Positions 27,345-38,988 are shown, counted from the first letter of the stretch. The stretch is DNA of 64,000 nucleotides from Halodesulfurarchaeum sp. (GCA_042216015.1 JBDGUI010000015.1:1-64000); one strand, 5' to 3'. Numbers and translations: made by a program. The notes: a model not told the origin generated them from the letters alone.

Positions 27345-30181
27345 TCACCCTCACCTCCCTTCTTCTCGACCTCGACGCGGACGTCGCTGTTCACGCCCGT
27401 CGGCCCCCAGAAGTTGGGGAAGAAGTGCAGGTGTTCGCCACTGTCCGCTGGATACTGGATGAGCTGTGTCGGTTTCATCGCCATGGACGTGACGCTGTTG
27501 AAGTTCACGTCGTCGGGGAACTGGTAGTACTCCCAGCCGAAGGGCATCTTCGCGACGCCCTCCTCACCGCTTGGATAGAGTTTCGCCATCGCAGTGAACG
27601 AACTCTCGTCGTTGTAGACCTCCACCTCCTCGCCGTCCTCGATGTCGCGTCGACTCGCGTCTTCGGGATTCAGATACACGAGCGGTTGGCCCCGGTTGAG
27701 TCGGAGCATGTACCGATCGTCACGCCAGGTCGAGTGGATCGAATAGCGACCGTGTGGGGAGTTGTAGCGCAGCGGATATTTCTCGGGGTCCTGTTCGTTG
27801 ATCGGCCCCTTGTGGGTCGGCAATTCCTCGCCGAGATCGAGGAACCAGTCGTGATCGATGTAGTACTGCTGGCGTCCGCTGAACGTCGGCCAGGGCTCTT
27901 TGTCCTGCACGAAATCCATCCATGGGGTGTAGGTTTCCCCCTCCTCGAGGTCCGAGGTCCAGTGATCCCCGGCGGCCTCGAACCGCTGGGGCTGCTCGAC
28001 CGTCTCATCGAAAGTGATCGGGTTCTCGCCGGTTGGGTTCGTCTCCGTCGAGTGTTCGAGGATGAACTCGGAGGCGGCCCGGCCCGAATCGAGCGCACCT
28101 GGCTCGTCCTCGATCCAGTCCCTGACGTAGTCGTCGTGAATCGACGTGAGGTCGATCTGGCGGTCGAAGGAGCGATCCGGGATCGGGTCGAGATCGCGTT
28201 CCCGCGCCTTCTCCTGGATCCGCTCGGCGAGGAGCCGGAAGATTTCCCAGTCGGACTTGGACTCGCCGAGCGGCTCGATTGCCTTCGTGAACGGGTGAAC
28301 GTAGGTGTGCATGTCCGTCATCGAGAGGTCGTACTTCTCGTAGTTCGACGCCGCCGGGAGGACGTAATCGGCCCACTTCGCGGTGCTGTCCATCCGGTAG
28401 TTCACGTCGACGATCAGATCGAGTTTCGGCCAGAGGGTCTCCCTCACGGCGGTACCGCCCTTGGCCTGGTTGAAGTAGTTCCCCCGCCACGCGATGAAGA
28501 TGCTCGGATCTGGTCGGGTGCCGTCCGCACGCTCCTTGGGATACAGTGGCATCCAGTCCTTCGACACCGACTCCTCGATGCGCTCGGCGAGTTCCGGCTG
28601 TTCGTCCATGATACCCGCGTGATAGTACGTCCAGAGCGTCGTCGGCATCCCGCGAACGTTCCCGGTGGGGAAGGAGAGTTTCTTCCACCCGTTGACCGTC
28701 CAGATCTTCTCCTGGCCGACGTAGTGGTCGAGTCCCGTGCCTCGGCGGCCGATGTGGCCGGTTAGCGTGACGAGCAACTGGATCGACCGGTTGCCGAGGT
28801 CGTTGTGGTACCAGTCGTTGACGCCCTTGCCGTGGATGATCTTCCCCCGATCCGCGCGGGCGAACTCCCGGGCGATCCGCTGGATGGTCTCCTCGCCCAC
28901 GCCCGTTACGTCGTAGACGTACGACGGCGTGTAGGTGGACAGTTCCTCGCGGAGTCGGTTCCAGACCGACCGAACCTGAACCGACTCGCCTCCGACGAGG
29001 TCGACGGAACGATCGACGTCGAGGGACGGGTCGAAGTCGAGTTCGATGCTCGCCTCGGGATCGTACTTCCCGGAGCGGTCGCCGAGAGAGGCGGGCGCGA
29101 TCCGGAGTTCGCCCGCTTGATCCTGCATCACGAGGACCTTCTCGTTCCCGGAGAGCCCAGGAACCTCCGAGGCGCGGAGGAGCTTGCCGGTGTCCTCCCG
29201 GACCAGCATCGGCATGTCGGATTGTTCTTTCAGGTGAGCCTCGTCGTATCGCCCCTCCTCGACGATGGTCCGGGCCATCCCGAGTGCGAGGGCGGCGTCG
29301 GTGCCCGGATCCGGCGAGATCCACTCGTCGGTGTGGATCGCCGTCTGGGAGTAATCGGTGAAGACTCCGACCGTCTTGGCGCCCTCGTAGCGAGCCTCGA
29401 GGAAGTACTTGGCGTCGGGGATCCTGGTGACGTCGATGTTGGATCCCCAGGCGATGATATAATCGGCGTGGTACCAGTCCGCACTCTCGGCATTGTCGGT
29501 CTGGTGGCCCCACGTGATGGGCTGGCCCGGCGGCAGGTCGGAGTACCAGTCATAGAAGGAGTGGCTAACCCCGCCCAGCAGGTTGATCATCCGCGATCCG
29601 CTGGCGAAGGAGGCGGGGGACATCGCGGGGATCGGGGTGAACCCGCTGATCGCGTCGTAGTTCCCTGCCGCGACCGTGTCGATCAGCTCCGCTGCGATGT
29701 CGTCCAGGGCCTCGTCCCAGGAGACCTGCTTCCACTTGCCTTCCCCCCGTTCACCGGTTCGCTTGAGGGGATGAGTCACCCGCTGGGCGCCGTGAACGTA
29801 ATTCTTGTAACAGGCACCCTTGTTACATCCCCGTGGATTCGGATCCGGCAGACCGAGGTCGAATCGCGGATAGTCCGCAGCCTGTTCCTCGCGCCAGACC
29901 TGTCCGTTCTTGACGTAGACGTCCCAGGAACAGCTCCCGGTGCAGTTGACGCTGTGGGTACTCCGACCGATCGAGTCCCAGTCCCACTTCTCCCGGTAGA
30001 GGTCCTCCCACTCCCGGTAGGGATAGTTCCCGATCGGATCCTTGGCGACCTGCAGTCGGTCCATCTCCGAGAGCGTCTGTGCGGCCCCGACGCCACTCGC
30101 GCCGATGAGCCCCGCCGCTCCGATTCCCTTCAGGAAGTCTCGACGCCCGGTCGTGTTGTCGTCAGTTGGTTCGTTGCTCAT
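27341..30181 (-). CDS. narG: Tat-exported respiratory nitrate reductase alpha subunit (type II DMSO reductase family)
   Basis: RRDFLK Tat motif; HSVNCTGSC..C FS0 motif; FYDWYSDLPP Asp ligand; start MSNEPT. Confidence 0.9.
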   Translation of the reverse strand: MSNEPTDDNTTGRRDFLKGIGAAGLIGASGVGAAQTLSEMDRLQVAKDPIGNYPYREWEDLYREKWDWDSIGRSTHSVNCTGSCSWDVYVKNGQVWREEQAADYPRFDLGLPDPNPRGCNKGACYKNYVHGAQRVTHPLKRTGERGEGKWKQVSWDEALDDIAAELIDTVAAGNYDAISGFTPIPAMSPASFASGSRMINLLGGVSHSFYDWYSDLPPGQPITWGHQTDNAESADWYHADYIIAWGSNIDVTRIPDAKYFLEARYEGAKTVGVFTDYSQTAIHTDEWISPDPGTDAALALGMARTIVEEGRYDEAHLKEQSDMPMLVREDTGKLLRASEVPGLSGNEKVLVMQDQAGELRIAPASLGDRSGKYDPEASIELDFDPSLDVDRSVDLVGGESVQVRSVWNRLREELSTYTPSYVYDVTGVGEETIQRIAREFARADRGKIIHGKGVNDWYHNDLGNRSIQLLVTLTGHIGRRGTGLDHYVGQEKIWTVNGWKKLSFPTGNVRGMPTTLWTYYHAGIMDEQPELAERIEESVSKDWMPLYPKERADGTRPDPSIFIAWRGNYFNQAKGGTAVRETLWPKLDLIVDVNYRMDSTAKWADYVLPAASNYEKYDLSMTDMHTYVHPFTKAIEPLGESKSDWEIFRLLAERIQEKARERDLDPIPDRSFDRQIDLTSIHDDYVRDWIEDEPGALDSGRAASEFILEHSTETNPTGENPITFDETVEQPQRFEAAGDHWTSDLEEGETYTPWMDFVQDKEPWPTFSGRQQYYIDHDWFLDLGEELPTHKGPINEQDPEKYPLRYNSPHGRYSIHSTWRDDRYMLRLNRGQPLVYLNPEDASRRDIEDGEEVEVYNDESSFTAMAKLYPSGEEGVAKMPFGWEYYQFPDDVNFNSVTSMAMKPTQLIQYPADSGEHLHFFPNFWGPTGVNSDVRVEVEKKGGEGE

Positions 30182-30366
30182 GAGTTTTCGGTGATGAAGA
30201 CAGTGCTCACTCCCAGCAACACGCCGACGAGGGCGAGTGCCAGCCCGGGAGCGGATTCGATGCCAGTTTCGAGTCCGACCGCGATGAGGGCCACCCCGCC
30301 GAGCTTGGTCCCTGCGTCGAGCAGGCGATAGCGGCAATGTCCTCCCGAAAGCGACCGGGATTTCAT
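30178..30366 (-). CDS. Small two-TM membrane protein of the nar operon
   Basis: [25 protein letters not shown]..; overlaps both neighbours by ATGA. Confidence 0.65.
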   Translation of the reverse strand: MKSRSLSGGHCRYRLLDAGTKLGGVALIAVGLETGIESAPGLALALVGVLLGVSTVFITENS

Positions 30367-31679
30367 GCCCGCCCACCTCCGGATCGGCCGCCAAGAATCG
30401 CATAGGTCAGGAGACCGCCTGCTATCGGGACGAGTAGTATCGCCCAGCGCAGGTACGGCGTCAGGACCGTCGTCGACATGCCAAGCGCGCTCCCGAGCAG
30501 GTTGTTCATCCCGGCCAGCGAGGCCACGAGGATCATCGAGATCGCCCCGATGCCGACTGCCGTCCGTCGCGGGGCCTCGAGCGGGCTCTCGGTGAAATGC
30601 TCGGGCGCGTCCCGCTGGTCGATGAAGGGCCACAGGACGACCGCGCCGATCACGACCGTCGGGAATGCGATCCCGCCCCAGAACTCCGCGGAGAGTTCAA
30701 TCCCAGCGACGTGAATCGTCGTCCAGCCGGGCAGGACCTTGAGGAAGCCGTACACCCACATCAGGAACCAGTCAGGCATGACCACTCCCGGCGTGCTCGC
30801 CGGATCGTTTGGTCCGTAGGCCACGATATTGTGGACCGGCAGGAATCCGGCGAGCAGGGAGAGCACTCCGACCGTGAGCAGGAAGACCACCGCCCCGACC
30901 GCCGCCTGATTCGGGTAGGCGGGGAGTCCCAGGACGACCGAGTCGTCGTCCTCGGCCACGTCGGCGCCGGCCGCCTCGTCCGCGGTCCGCTCGCCCTCCG
31001 TGTGCTTCTGTCGGACAAGGATGGCCATGTGCACGGCGAGTAGGGCCATGATCGCCAGTGGGATGAGCAACACGTGGAGGAAGAACAGGCGCGGGATCGT
31101 CCCGGAGGCGGGGAATTCTCCCGCGAACACGAGTTTCGCGACGAAGTCACCCACCACCGGGATCGAGGTACTGAGGTTGTACCCGATCCCCGTCGCCGTC
31201 GCCCCGAACTCGTCGAACGGGAGGGCGTATCCGGTGTAACTCGCACCCATCGCCAGCACCGCAAGGAGCACGCCCACGACCCAGTTGATCTCCCGTGGAT
31301 TCCGGTACGCGGCCGTGAAGTACACCCGGAACATGTGAAGGGCGAGCGAGGCGATGAACAGGTGAGCCGCCCAGTGGTGCAGCCGACGAATGAACATCCC
31401 GAACGGAATCCCGTAGGTGATGTGCAGGACGCTCACGAACGCCGCCGGGAGTTTCTCGCCCTGGAACTGGTCGACGACGCCCTGGTAGACCACCTCCGTC
31501 GTGCTCGGTTCGTAGAAGGTGCCGAGGTAGATCCCAGAGAGGACGATGGCGACGAAGGAGAACAGGGCCACCTCGCCGAGGAGGAACGAGTCTTCGGCCG
31601 GGAACGCCTTTCCCAGCAGGCCCCGCTCGTCCTCGAGGTGCAGACGCTCGCTCACCCAGGAACGAACGCTCACGGTCAC
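30363..31679 (-). CDS. narC: Cytochrome b (bc-complex type) of the nar operon
   Basis: [32 protein letters not shown] (PEWY-like). Confidence 0.88.
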   Translation of the reverse strand: MTVSVRSWVSERLHLEDERGLLGKAFPAEDSFLLGEVALFSFVAIVLSGIYLGTFYEPSTTEVVYQGVVDQFQGEKLPAAFVSVLHITYGIPFGMFIRRLHHWAAHLFIASLALHMFRVYFTAAYRNPREINWVVGVLLAVLAMGASYTGYALPFDEFGATATGIGYNLSTSIPVVGDFVAKLVFAGEFPASGTIPRLFFLHVLLIPLAIMALLAVHMAILVRQKHTEGERTADEAAGADVAEDDDSVVLGLPAYPNQAAVGAVVFLLTVGVLSLLAGFLPVHNIVAYGPNDPASTPGVVMPDWFLMWVYGFLKVLPGWTTIHVAGIELSAEFWGGIAFPTVVIGAVVLWPFIDQRDAPEHFTESPLEAPRRTAVGIGAISMILVASLAGMNNLLGSALGMSTTVLTPYLRWAILLVPIAGGLLTYAILGGRSGGGRA

Positions 31680-32263
31680 CCACCCCCCGGACCGATCGGT
31701 CCCTCGAAATTGCCCGTTGCCATGAGAAACCCGTCACTGGAGAGCGTGATCGGCAGCTGGGGCAGCGGGCGCGGGGCCGGTCCATCGATCACCCTCGCCC
31801 CGTTGGTCGGGTCGTACTTCGCGAAGTGGCAGGGACAGACCAGCGTGCCGTCCTCCTCGGCCTCCGCGACCATGCATCCCGCATGGGTGCACACCTTCGA
31901 GTACGCCGCATACCCCGCGATGGTGAACGCCAGGTTCGTCGGCTCCGCGTAGGCCGATTCCTCGCGTCTGACGAGCAGCGTCGGCGCATCGGAGACCCCG
32001 GGGTGGCTCTCGGGAAACACGGTCATCCTGGATCCCACCTCCAGTGCGTCGGCCCTGAGCCGATCCCCGTTCTCGTCGACGAGATAGGTGCCCTCGGAGT
32101 AAATCTTGCCCGTGAACTCCCGGGAGAGCACATCAGTCATTCCCGTGGCTGGCACCGAGAGCGCGAGCGCGGTCGAGACACCCCCGAGACCCAGTGCGGC
32201 CTTTGCCACGTCACGTCGCTGCCACTTGCCGATCGTTTCGTCGGTGTCAGATTCCTTAGCCAT
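31676..32263 (-). CDS. narB: Rieske [2Fe-2S] protein
   Basis: CTHAGC and CPCH..Y motifs, [10 protein letters not shown] motif near N-terminus. Confidence 0.88.
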   Translation of the reverse strand: MAKESDTDETIGKWQRRDVAKAALGLGGVSTALALSVPATGMTDVLSREFTGKIYSEGTYLVDENGDRLRADALEVGSRMTVFPESHPGVSDAPTLLVRREESAYAEPTNLAFTIAGYAAYSKVCTHAGCMVAEAEEDGTLVCPCHFAKYDPTNGARVIDGPAPRPLPQLPITLSSDGFLMATGNFEGPIGPGGG

Positions 32264-32825
32264 GATGTCGCTCCTCCGCCACGATGACGTGTGGCACGAA
32301 CCAGGCCGAATAGGCGGCGACCCCACCCGCGAGTGTCAGAAACATGCCGGTTACGTAGAGCCCGATGTACTGCGTGCGTGCCAGCGTGGAGAACTCGAGG
32401 ATCGCGAGTGCGGCGAAGGCAACCGTCGCCGCGATCGATGCCACGACGACCCAGAGCCCCTCCTTGCTCTCCACGGCCCCCACGAATTCGGCAAGAGAGC
32501 GGGAGTCGGTCTGAAACCAGGGTCGAACTCCGTCCCCCGTGACCTCGCTTCCGGGCTCCGTCGTCCCTGGGCCATGCATGAATCGATGGAATCCCGCGAG
32601 CAGGACCGTGAGCAATCCGAGCGCGATCCAGATAACGACCCCCACCTGTGCCGGGGTGAACTCGTCGGGCGTGTCGATGATCGATTGCAGGGGACGCATG
32701 TCGGTTTTGCTCGTGTCGATCTCGACTTCGCCCGCCGCCTCACCGGTCGGCTGGAGGGCGGCAAACCACGTGGGGGCCAGGACGGCGAGGACCACGAGGG
32801 CGATTGCGATTGTCCGTGTATTCAT
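32256..32825 (-). CDS. Membrane protein, first gene of the nar operon
   Basis: Four hydrophobic segments; overlaps the Rieske start. Confidence 0.7.
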   Translation of the reverse strand: MNTRTIAIALVVLAVLAPTWFAALQPTGEAAGEVEIDTSKTDMRPLQSIIDTPDEFTPAQVGVVIWIALGLLTVLLAGFHRFMHGPGTTEPGSEVTGDGVRPWFQTDSRSLAEFVGAVESKEGLWVVVASIAATVAFAALAILEFSTLARTQYIGLYVTGMFLTLAGGVAAYSAWFVPHVIVAEERHHG

Positions 32826-33214
32826 GGCTCAACGATCACTCGTTGGCACCCGCTTCGGCCGATTCGGGGCCCGATCACCCTGAGAGACGGGCCGATGGGC
32901 GAGGTGCGGATCGATAATTGGTCGGCGCTGTCCATAGAAGAATTACGACGGACATTGGGATATGATTGATTCTTTAATATAAAGGGGGTTTTTGAGTGGG
33001 AAAACACCAATATCCAGGCTACAATGTCCCGAAAAACCGATTCTTGACAACGAATTCGTATTGTAATCTATATGTTATATTTGCAGAAACCAACGACTGG
33101 AATTCCCCCCCCCCGTTGTCTGCCATCGCCTCGATAGGAGTGGTATTCACCGTTCGGTCAATCACTCACCCGAGCTGTCACATCACACCCGTCGTTCACA
33201 TTCCCGGGGCACAC

Positions 33215-33448
33215 TCAGATCTTTGGGATGGTGGCGTGGAACTCGTTTGGTCCCCGCTTTTCAACTGTATACCCGTCGGCGTCGAAGGCATCGACCTCGG
33301 CGTCTAGCTGGTAGTATAGCGGCCGTGGATCGTGATCGTTGATCAGGTGCAGCGTTTCGCCCGACTCGAGATCGTCGAATTCGTCCATGACCTTCGGGTG
33401 CCGCTTTGCCGGTGGCAGATCGCGAAGGTCCAGTGTCACGGCCGCCAT
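33215..33448 (-). CDS. DUF2249 protein
   Basis: LDLRDLPPAKRHPK....FD.L..GE.L.LINDHDP.PLYYQ. Confidence 0.85.
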   Translation of the reverse strand: MAAVTLDLRDLPPAKRHPKVMDEFDDLESGETLHLINDHDPRPLYYQLDAEVDAFDADGYTVEKRGPNEFHATIPKI

Positions 33449-33486
33449 ACGCAATGGCAGGGCCGAACCCCCGATGGCCATTGCCC

Positions 33487-33498
33487 CGAACGTATTCG
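33487..33498. promoter_or_regulatory. Palindrome CGAACGTATTCG
   Basis: 38 nt upstream of ATG 33448. Confidence 0.7.
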
Positions 33499-33811
33499 GT
33501 TCCATCCCGGCCGAGGCGAGATCGGCCCCGACACGCCGGTGAATCCGGGCGGGTTCGACGTCCACCTTTACACCTGAGCAGCTGGTCGATCGACGGGCAT
33601 TGGGTTCAGTCATCGCGTGTCCTGGCGCCTCGAAACGTGTGATCTCGGAATCGATTCGGAACACGCCGGACCACGGCGCCCCCTCAACCCTGCAACCGCC
33701 TCGAGAGATGTCCCGGGCCTACCGTCGATCGATTCGACAAATCAGTAACCCGACCGAGCCCCAATGGGTGATTCCCGATGGACCGGAATCAGTGATCTTC
33801 GATGGGCGGGA

Positions 33812-34234
33812 TCAATGGACCACCACGACCGGGATCTCCGAGCGCCTGACGACCTTCTCCGCGACGCTCCCGAACATGATCCGACCCACGCCCGAAATCC
33901 CCCGGCTGCCGATGACGATCTCGTCGACGTCGTTTCGCTGGGCGTAGGCGAGGATTTCGTCGACCGGATCGCCGGTCTCGAGGGCGGTCTCGATGATCCC
34001 GCCCATCTCGGCGGCCTTCGATTCGACGTCATCGAGGAGGTCCTCGGCCTCCTCCGTCTGGTGTTCTACCTGCGGAAGGGATTCCGGATCGCTCGCGGAC
34101 GCGGCGAAATACCCCGTCGGCACCTCGACCACGTGCAACGCGGTGATGTCCTCTTCGGGGAAGTGGTCGATCGCGTAGCGCAATGCCTCCTCCGCGTGGG
34201 TCGAGCCGTCGACCGGGACGAGTATTTCACCCAT
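33812..34234 (-). CDS. Universal stress protein
   Basis: ILVPVDGS, IVIGSRG..G..FGSVAEKVVR. Confidence 0.92.
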   Translation of the reverse strand: MGEILVPVDGSTHAEEALRYAIDHFPEEDITALHVVEVPTGYFAASASDPESLPQVEHQTEEAEDLLDDVESKAAEMGGIIETALETGDPVDEILAYAQRNDVDEIVIGSRGISGVGRIMFGSVAEKVVRRSEIPVVVVH

Positions 34235-34643
34235 GATTCATTGTAGGGCCGACTCCAGTATTAAGGTACCCTCGATACTGGCCGGGTGCCATCCGGTGCT
34301 CCGGAAAATCCGGTCGGTCCCGGGTAAACGAAGCCACCACCGCCGAGTGTTACCCGGAGACGACGGTCCCAGATGCATATCGAAAGGGAAGGTGGTCGAT
34401 CCGTGGCAAATCGGTTTGAACCGAGACTCGTCTCTGCAAGCGGCCTGTGCGTTCTGTCGAATACACCCGAGGCCAATTCTCGGCAGGGAACACCGGGAGT
34501 ACCAGTTGGTTAAGAGTCCAATTCGAAGGTAACGAAGACGAGTGAGCTGTCTTCCCAATACTGCACACGACAGGGAGAAACGACGGCTCGGCCGGTGTGA
34601 GACGTTCGAATAGGCCTGCTACAGCCCAACTCGATCCCCCAAC

Positions 34644-35051
34644 ATGACGTACACAGTCACCACGACCGTCGACGCACCGTTCGAAGACGTTCTCGACGCA
34701 GTCACGACCGCCCTCGACGCGGAGGGATTCGGCATCCTCTCGGATGTCGACGTCCAGTCCACCTTCCGGGAGAAATTGGACGTCGAGATGGACCGGTACC
34801 GGATTCTCGGGGCCTGTAATCCCCCGCTTGCGAACGAGGGCATCGCCGCCGAATCCGACCTGGGTGCGCTGTTGCCGTGTAACGTCGCGATCTACGAGGC
34901 CTCGGCCGGGGACGTCGTCGTGAGCGCGGTCGACCCCGAGGCGCTGCTCGACCTGCCCGACAATCCCGCCCTCGACCGAATCGGATCGACGGTGAAAGAG
35001 CGATTGGATCGGGTGATCGACGAGGTCGAGACCCGATTCGACCCGGCCTGA
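34644..35051 (+). CDS. DUF302 domain protein
   Basis: EGFGIL.D.D, YRILGACNP.LA, LLPCNV. Confidence 0.9.
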   Translation: MTYTVTTTVDAPFEDVLDAVTTALDAEGFGILSDVDVQSTFREKLDVEMDRYRILGACNPPLANEGIAAESDLGALLPCNVAIYEASAGDVVVSAVDPEALLDLPDNPALDRIGSTVKERLDRVIDEVETRFDPA

Positions 35052-35111
35052 GGAGAAGCATCCGGAATGCCGTGTGCCTTATCCATCCCCTGCCCCTAAC
35101 TCGGGTGAGGA

Positions 35112-35291
35112 ATGGGCATCTTCAACCGGATCGGCCGAACGGTCGAGACGTTCAAACAGCGGGCCGAGACGGCGGCCGAAGAGGCCGCGGCGTACCAGTG
35201 TAGGGCCTGTGGATCGCGTTTTCACGTCGATCACGAGACCTGTCCCGACTGTGGAGCCGACGCCGTCGAATTGATCTCGGACGAGGAGTGA
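35112..35291 (+). CDS. Small CPxCG-related zinc-finger protein (59 aa; not in ORF track)
   Basis: MGIFNRIGRTVETFKQRAE..YQCRACG..TCPDCG..; GGTGAGG RBS-like sequence just upstream. Confidence 0.75.
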   Translation: MGIFNRIGRTVETFKQRAETAAEEAAAYQCRACGSRFHVDHETCPDCGADAVELISDEE

Positions 35292-35323
35292 CAGCACCCG
35301 GGGCCGATGAGAGTCTTCGACGA

Positions 35324-35521
35324 TCAGGCGGCGAATTCGTACCCAGCGCCCTCGACGGCCTCTTTGAGTGCCGCCCGTTCGGTCTCCCCCTCGATCACGA
35401 CCGAATCGGCCGACCGATCTGCCGTCGCCGACGAGATTCCCTCGAGCGCTTCGAGCGCGTCTTCGACCTTCTGTTCGCAGTGCCCACAGGTCATACCCAG
35501 GACCGATATCGTCCGTGTCAT
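35324..35521 (-). CDS. copZ: Copper chaperone (HMA domain)
   Basis: GMTCGHCE..V..AL, AGY. Confidence 0.85.
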   Translation of the reverse strand: MTRTISVLGMTCGHCEQKVEDALEALEGISSATADRSADSVVIEGETERAALKEAVEGAGYEFAA

Positions 35522-35882
35522 TGCATGCTAACCGAGGGGGTCCTGATTGGAGGGATTTGTCGTTCAGAATCCGGGGCGAGAGCCCGATCGAAGAATCGAA
35601 TGTAAAGTCCGCACGTGCCGGCGAAAAACGCCCCAGAGAGGTCTGTCGGGGGAGCCCGAGACGCCCGCTCGGGCATTTCGAGGCGATCGACCCGGCTATT
35701 CCCGGCCACGAGTGACGCGTGAGGACTGACGATAATATCGTCGGGGCGTGGAGCTTCGAATGGGTCGGACGAACCAGCATTCCCCGGCCGTTTCGCTTTG
35801 GTATCGAAGGTCTCGTCCGTCAAAACCCGAAGGACCGAAGCAACAAACGGCCTAAGGATCGGACCCCTTCTCATACCCACCA

Positions 35883-38492
35883 ATGGAACCCAGGACTGCT
35901 CACCTCAATATCACCGGGATGTCCTGTGCGAACTGCTCGGCATCCATCGAGGACGCCGTCGCATCACTCGAGGGAGTCAGCGACGTAAATGCAAATTACG
36001 CCACCGACGAGGGATCCGTCGAATACGATCCCGAGGCGGTGTCGCTCTCGGAGATCTTCGAGGCGATCGAGGACGCCGGGTACGGGGCCGTCACGGAGAC
36101 CAGGTCGATCGCCATCACCGATATGACCTGTGCGAACTGTGCGGAAGCGAACGCGACCGCGCTGGAGGAGACCCCCGGCGTCATCCAGGCGGACGTCAAC
36201 TACGCGACCGACGAGGCACAGGTCACCTACAACCCCGAGGACGTCTCGCTCGAATCCCTCTATGACGCAATCGAGGGTGCCGGATATTCCCCGGTGCGCG
36301 AGAGGGAGGGGGAGAACTCGGACTCCGAAGAGAGTGCCCGCGACCTCGCCCGCCAGGCCGAGATCCGCAAGCAGCGCCGGTTGATACTGTTCGGAGCCGC
36401 GCTTACGGCGCCGCTGCTCTTCTTCCTCGCCGATCGGTTCCTCTTCGGCGGTGCAATCGTTCCGGAAACGGTCTTCGGGATCGAACTCGGCTGGATCGAG
36501 TTCCTGCTCGCCACGCCGGTTCAGGCCGTCCTCGGCTGGCCCTTCTATAAGAACTCCTACAGCGCGCTCGTCACCAACGGCCGGGCCAACATGGATGTCC
36601 TCATCGCGCTTGGCTCCTCGACGGCCTATCTCTATTCCATCGCCGTGCTGGGGGGGCTCATCGCCGGTGGCCTGTACTTCGACACGGCCGCACTGATCCT
36701 CGTCTTCATCACGCTGGGCAACTACCTGGAGGCGCGCTCGAAGGGGCAGGCCAGCGACGCACTCCGGAAACTCCTGGAGATGGAGGCCGAGACGGCCACC
36801 GCCATCGGACCGGACGGATCCGAATCGACCGTTCCGCTCGAGGAGGTCACGGAGGGAGACCTGCTCAAAGTCCGGCCGGGGGAGAAAATCCCGACGGATG
36901 GGATTGTGGTGAGCGGCCAGTCCGCCGTCGACGAGTCGATGGTGACCGGCGAATCCGTGCCCGTCGAGAAGCAAGAGGGTGACGAGGTTGTCGGCTCGAC
37001 GATCAACGAGAACGGTGTCCTCACCGTCAAGGCGACGAAGGTCGGCGAGGAGACCGCACTCAAGCAGATCGTCAAGACGGTCAAGGAGGCCCAGTCCCGC
37101 CAGCCCGACATCCAGAACCTCGCAGACCGCATCTCCGCGTACTTCGTCCCGGCCGTCATCGGAAACGCCGTTTTCTGGGGCACGGTCTGGTTCCTGTTCC
37201 CCGAGACGCTTGCCGGCTTCGTCGACTGGCTGCCGCTCTGGGGCCAGGTCGCCGGGGGACCGGCCGTGGTTGGCGGTGGGGTGTCGGTCTTCGAGTTCGC
37301 CGTGATCGTCTTTGCCTCCGCCGTCCTGATCGCCTGCCCCTGCGCGCTCGGACTCGCGACCCCCGCGGCGACCATGGTGGGGACGACCATCGGGGCACGA
37401 AACGGGGTCCTGTTCAAGGGAGGTGACGTCCTCGAGCGCGCAAAGGACGTCGACACGGTCGTCTTCGACAAGACGGGGACACTCACCGAGGGGGAGATGG
37501 AGTTGACCGACGTGATCGCGTTCGACGAAACCGGTACCGCCATTGCCGATGGCGGAAACCTCGCTGCAGCGGAGGGATCAGTCCCCGACCAGGATCGATT
37601 CTCGGAGGACGAGGTGCTCGGGCTTGCAGCCGCTGCTGAGCAGGGCAGCGAACACCCCCTCGCTAGAGCGATCGTCGAGGGCGCGACGGATCGCGGGATC
37701 GAGATCGGCAAGGCGTCAGCGTTCGAGAACGTCCCGGGCCACGGCATCCGGGCGACGGTCGACGGTCGGGCGGTGCTCGTCGGCAACCGGAAGCTGCTCG
37801 AGGAGGAGGGCATCGCCACGGACCCGGCAAGCGAGTTCATGGAGCGCCTCGAGCGGGAGGGGAAAACGGCGATGCTCGTGGCGGTCGATGGCTCGCTTGC
37901 GGGCATCGTCGCGGACGCGGACACGGTCAAGCCCCAGTCCAAGCGGGCCGTAACGGCCCTCCAGGACCGCGGCATCGACGTGATGATGATCACCGGGGAC
38001 AACGAGCGCACCGCTCGTGCCGTCGCCGGGCAGGTCGGGATCGACCCGGAAAACGTCAGGGCGGAGGTGCTTCCCGAGGACAAGTCCGATGCGGTCGAAC
38101 AGATCCAATCCGAGGGTCGGTCGGCCATGATGGTCGGCGACGGGGTCAACGACGCCCCGGCTCTGGCCGTGGCGGCGGTCGGGACGGCACTCGGATCGGG
38201 AACGGACGTGGCGATCGAGGCGGCCGACGTCACCCTGATGCGCGATGACCCCCTCGACGTCGTGAAGGCCATCCGGATCTCGGATGCAACCCTCAAGAAG
38301 ATCAAGCAGAACCTCGGCTGGGCGCTCGGATACAACACCGCGATGATTCCGCTTGCCTCACTGGGGCTCCTCCAACCCGCCCTGGCGGCCGGGGCGATGG
38401 CCTTCTCGAGCGTTTCGGTGCTGTCGAACAGCCTGCTGTTCCGGCGGTACACGCCCGACCACGACTACCGACTCCTCGATCGGTTTCGATAA
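35883..38492 (+). CDS. copA: Copper-exporting P1B-type ATPase
   Basis: Two MxCANC HMA domains, [33 protein letters not shown]. Confidence 0.95.
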   Translation: MEPRTAHLNITGMSCANCSASIEDAVASLEGVSDVNANYATDEGSVEYDPEAVSLSEIFEAIEDAGYGAVTETRSIAITDMTCANCAEANATALEETPGVIQADVNYATDEAQVTYNPEDVSLESLYDAIEGAGYSPVREREGENSDSEESARDLARQAEIRKQRRLILFGAALTAPLLFFLADRFLFGGAIVPETVFGIELGWIEFLLATPVQAVLGWPFYKNSYSALVTNGRANMDVLIALGSSTAYLYSIAVLGGLIAGGLYFDTAALILVFITLGNYLEARSKGQASDALRKLLEMEAETATAIGPDGSESTVPLEEVTEGDLLKVRPGEKIPTDGIVVSGQSAVDESMVTGESVPVEKQEGDEVVGSTINENGVLTVKATKVGEETALKQIVKTVKEAQSRQPDIQNLADRISAYFVPAVIGNAVFWGTVWFLFPETLAGFVDWLPLWGQVAGGPAVVGGGVSVFEFAVIVFASAVLIACPCALGLATPAATMVGTTIGARNGVLFKGGDVLERAKDVDTVVFDKTGTLTEGEMELTDVIAFDETGTAIADGGNLAAAEGSVPDQDRFSEDEVLGLAAAAEQGSEHPLARAIVEGATDRGIEIGKASAFENVPGHGIRATVDGRAVLVGNRKLLEEEGIATDPASEFMERLEREGKTAMLVAVDGSLAGIVADADTVKPQSKRAVTALQDRGIDVMMITGDNERTARAVAGQVGIDPENVRAEVLPEDKSDAVEQIQSEGRSAMMVGDGVNDAPALAVAAVGTALGSGTDVAIEAADVTLMRDDPLDVVKAIRISDATLKKIKQNLGWALGYNTAMIPLASLGLLQPALAAGAMAFSSVSVLSNSLLFRRYTPDHDYRLLDRFR

Positions 38493-38501
38493 CCGAGGAG
38501 G

Positions 38502-38837
38502 TTACCTGCTCGCCCTCGAGTGCCCGTCCCGTTCGAGCGCGGGGACGACGGCCCGTTCGATCGCCGCGGCGTACTGCATGAGCGTCGTTCCGAGTACGCT
38601 CATCACCAGGACGTACCCCACGCTGAACGCATAAATCGTCTCCCCGACGCTTTCGGCAACGGTCCCGCCCGCTCCGGAGAGCGCGAGTGTGGCAATGATC
38701 AGGGTGAATTCGCCCCGCGTCACCATTCCAAGCCCGACTCGGGTCGAACGGCGGACATCGAGGTCGTAGATCCGTCCCCCGAGATACCCGCTCACCAGTT
38801 TCGTCGGGGTGGTGAGGAGGACGGCCACGAAGATCAT
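38502..38837 (-). pseudogene. 3' fragment of a CPA2/KefB-like cation:proton antiporter
   Basis: TKLVSGY.GG, VGLGMVTRGEFTLIIA; only the last TM helices are present. Confidence 0.7.
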
Positions 38838-38988
38838 CGATGAGGTCGAATACGTGGAATTGGCGACACTGAACCGGTTCAACGACGAGTTCATGGAGTC
38901 CATGTTTCTCCCACACCGATATCCCGAGCGCTATCCGAGCGTGAAACGGCGGCTCGAAGAAACCAGGGAATCGCTCGAGGAGTTCTGA
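38836..38988 (+). pseudogene. 3' fragment resembling the C-terminus of a RACo/ASKHA (DUF4445) corrinoid activator
   Basis: IDEVEYVELATLNRFNDEFMESMFLPHRYPERYPSV; no start or N-terminal part. Confidence 0.5.

Noticed and set aside
27341..30181. Alternative call as DMSO, selenate or chlorate reductase
   Set aside because: His-containing FS0 motif, DWYSDLP, operon layout and the adjacent nitrate-box sensor fit haloarchaeal pNar best; substrate is not proven
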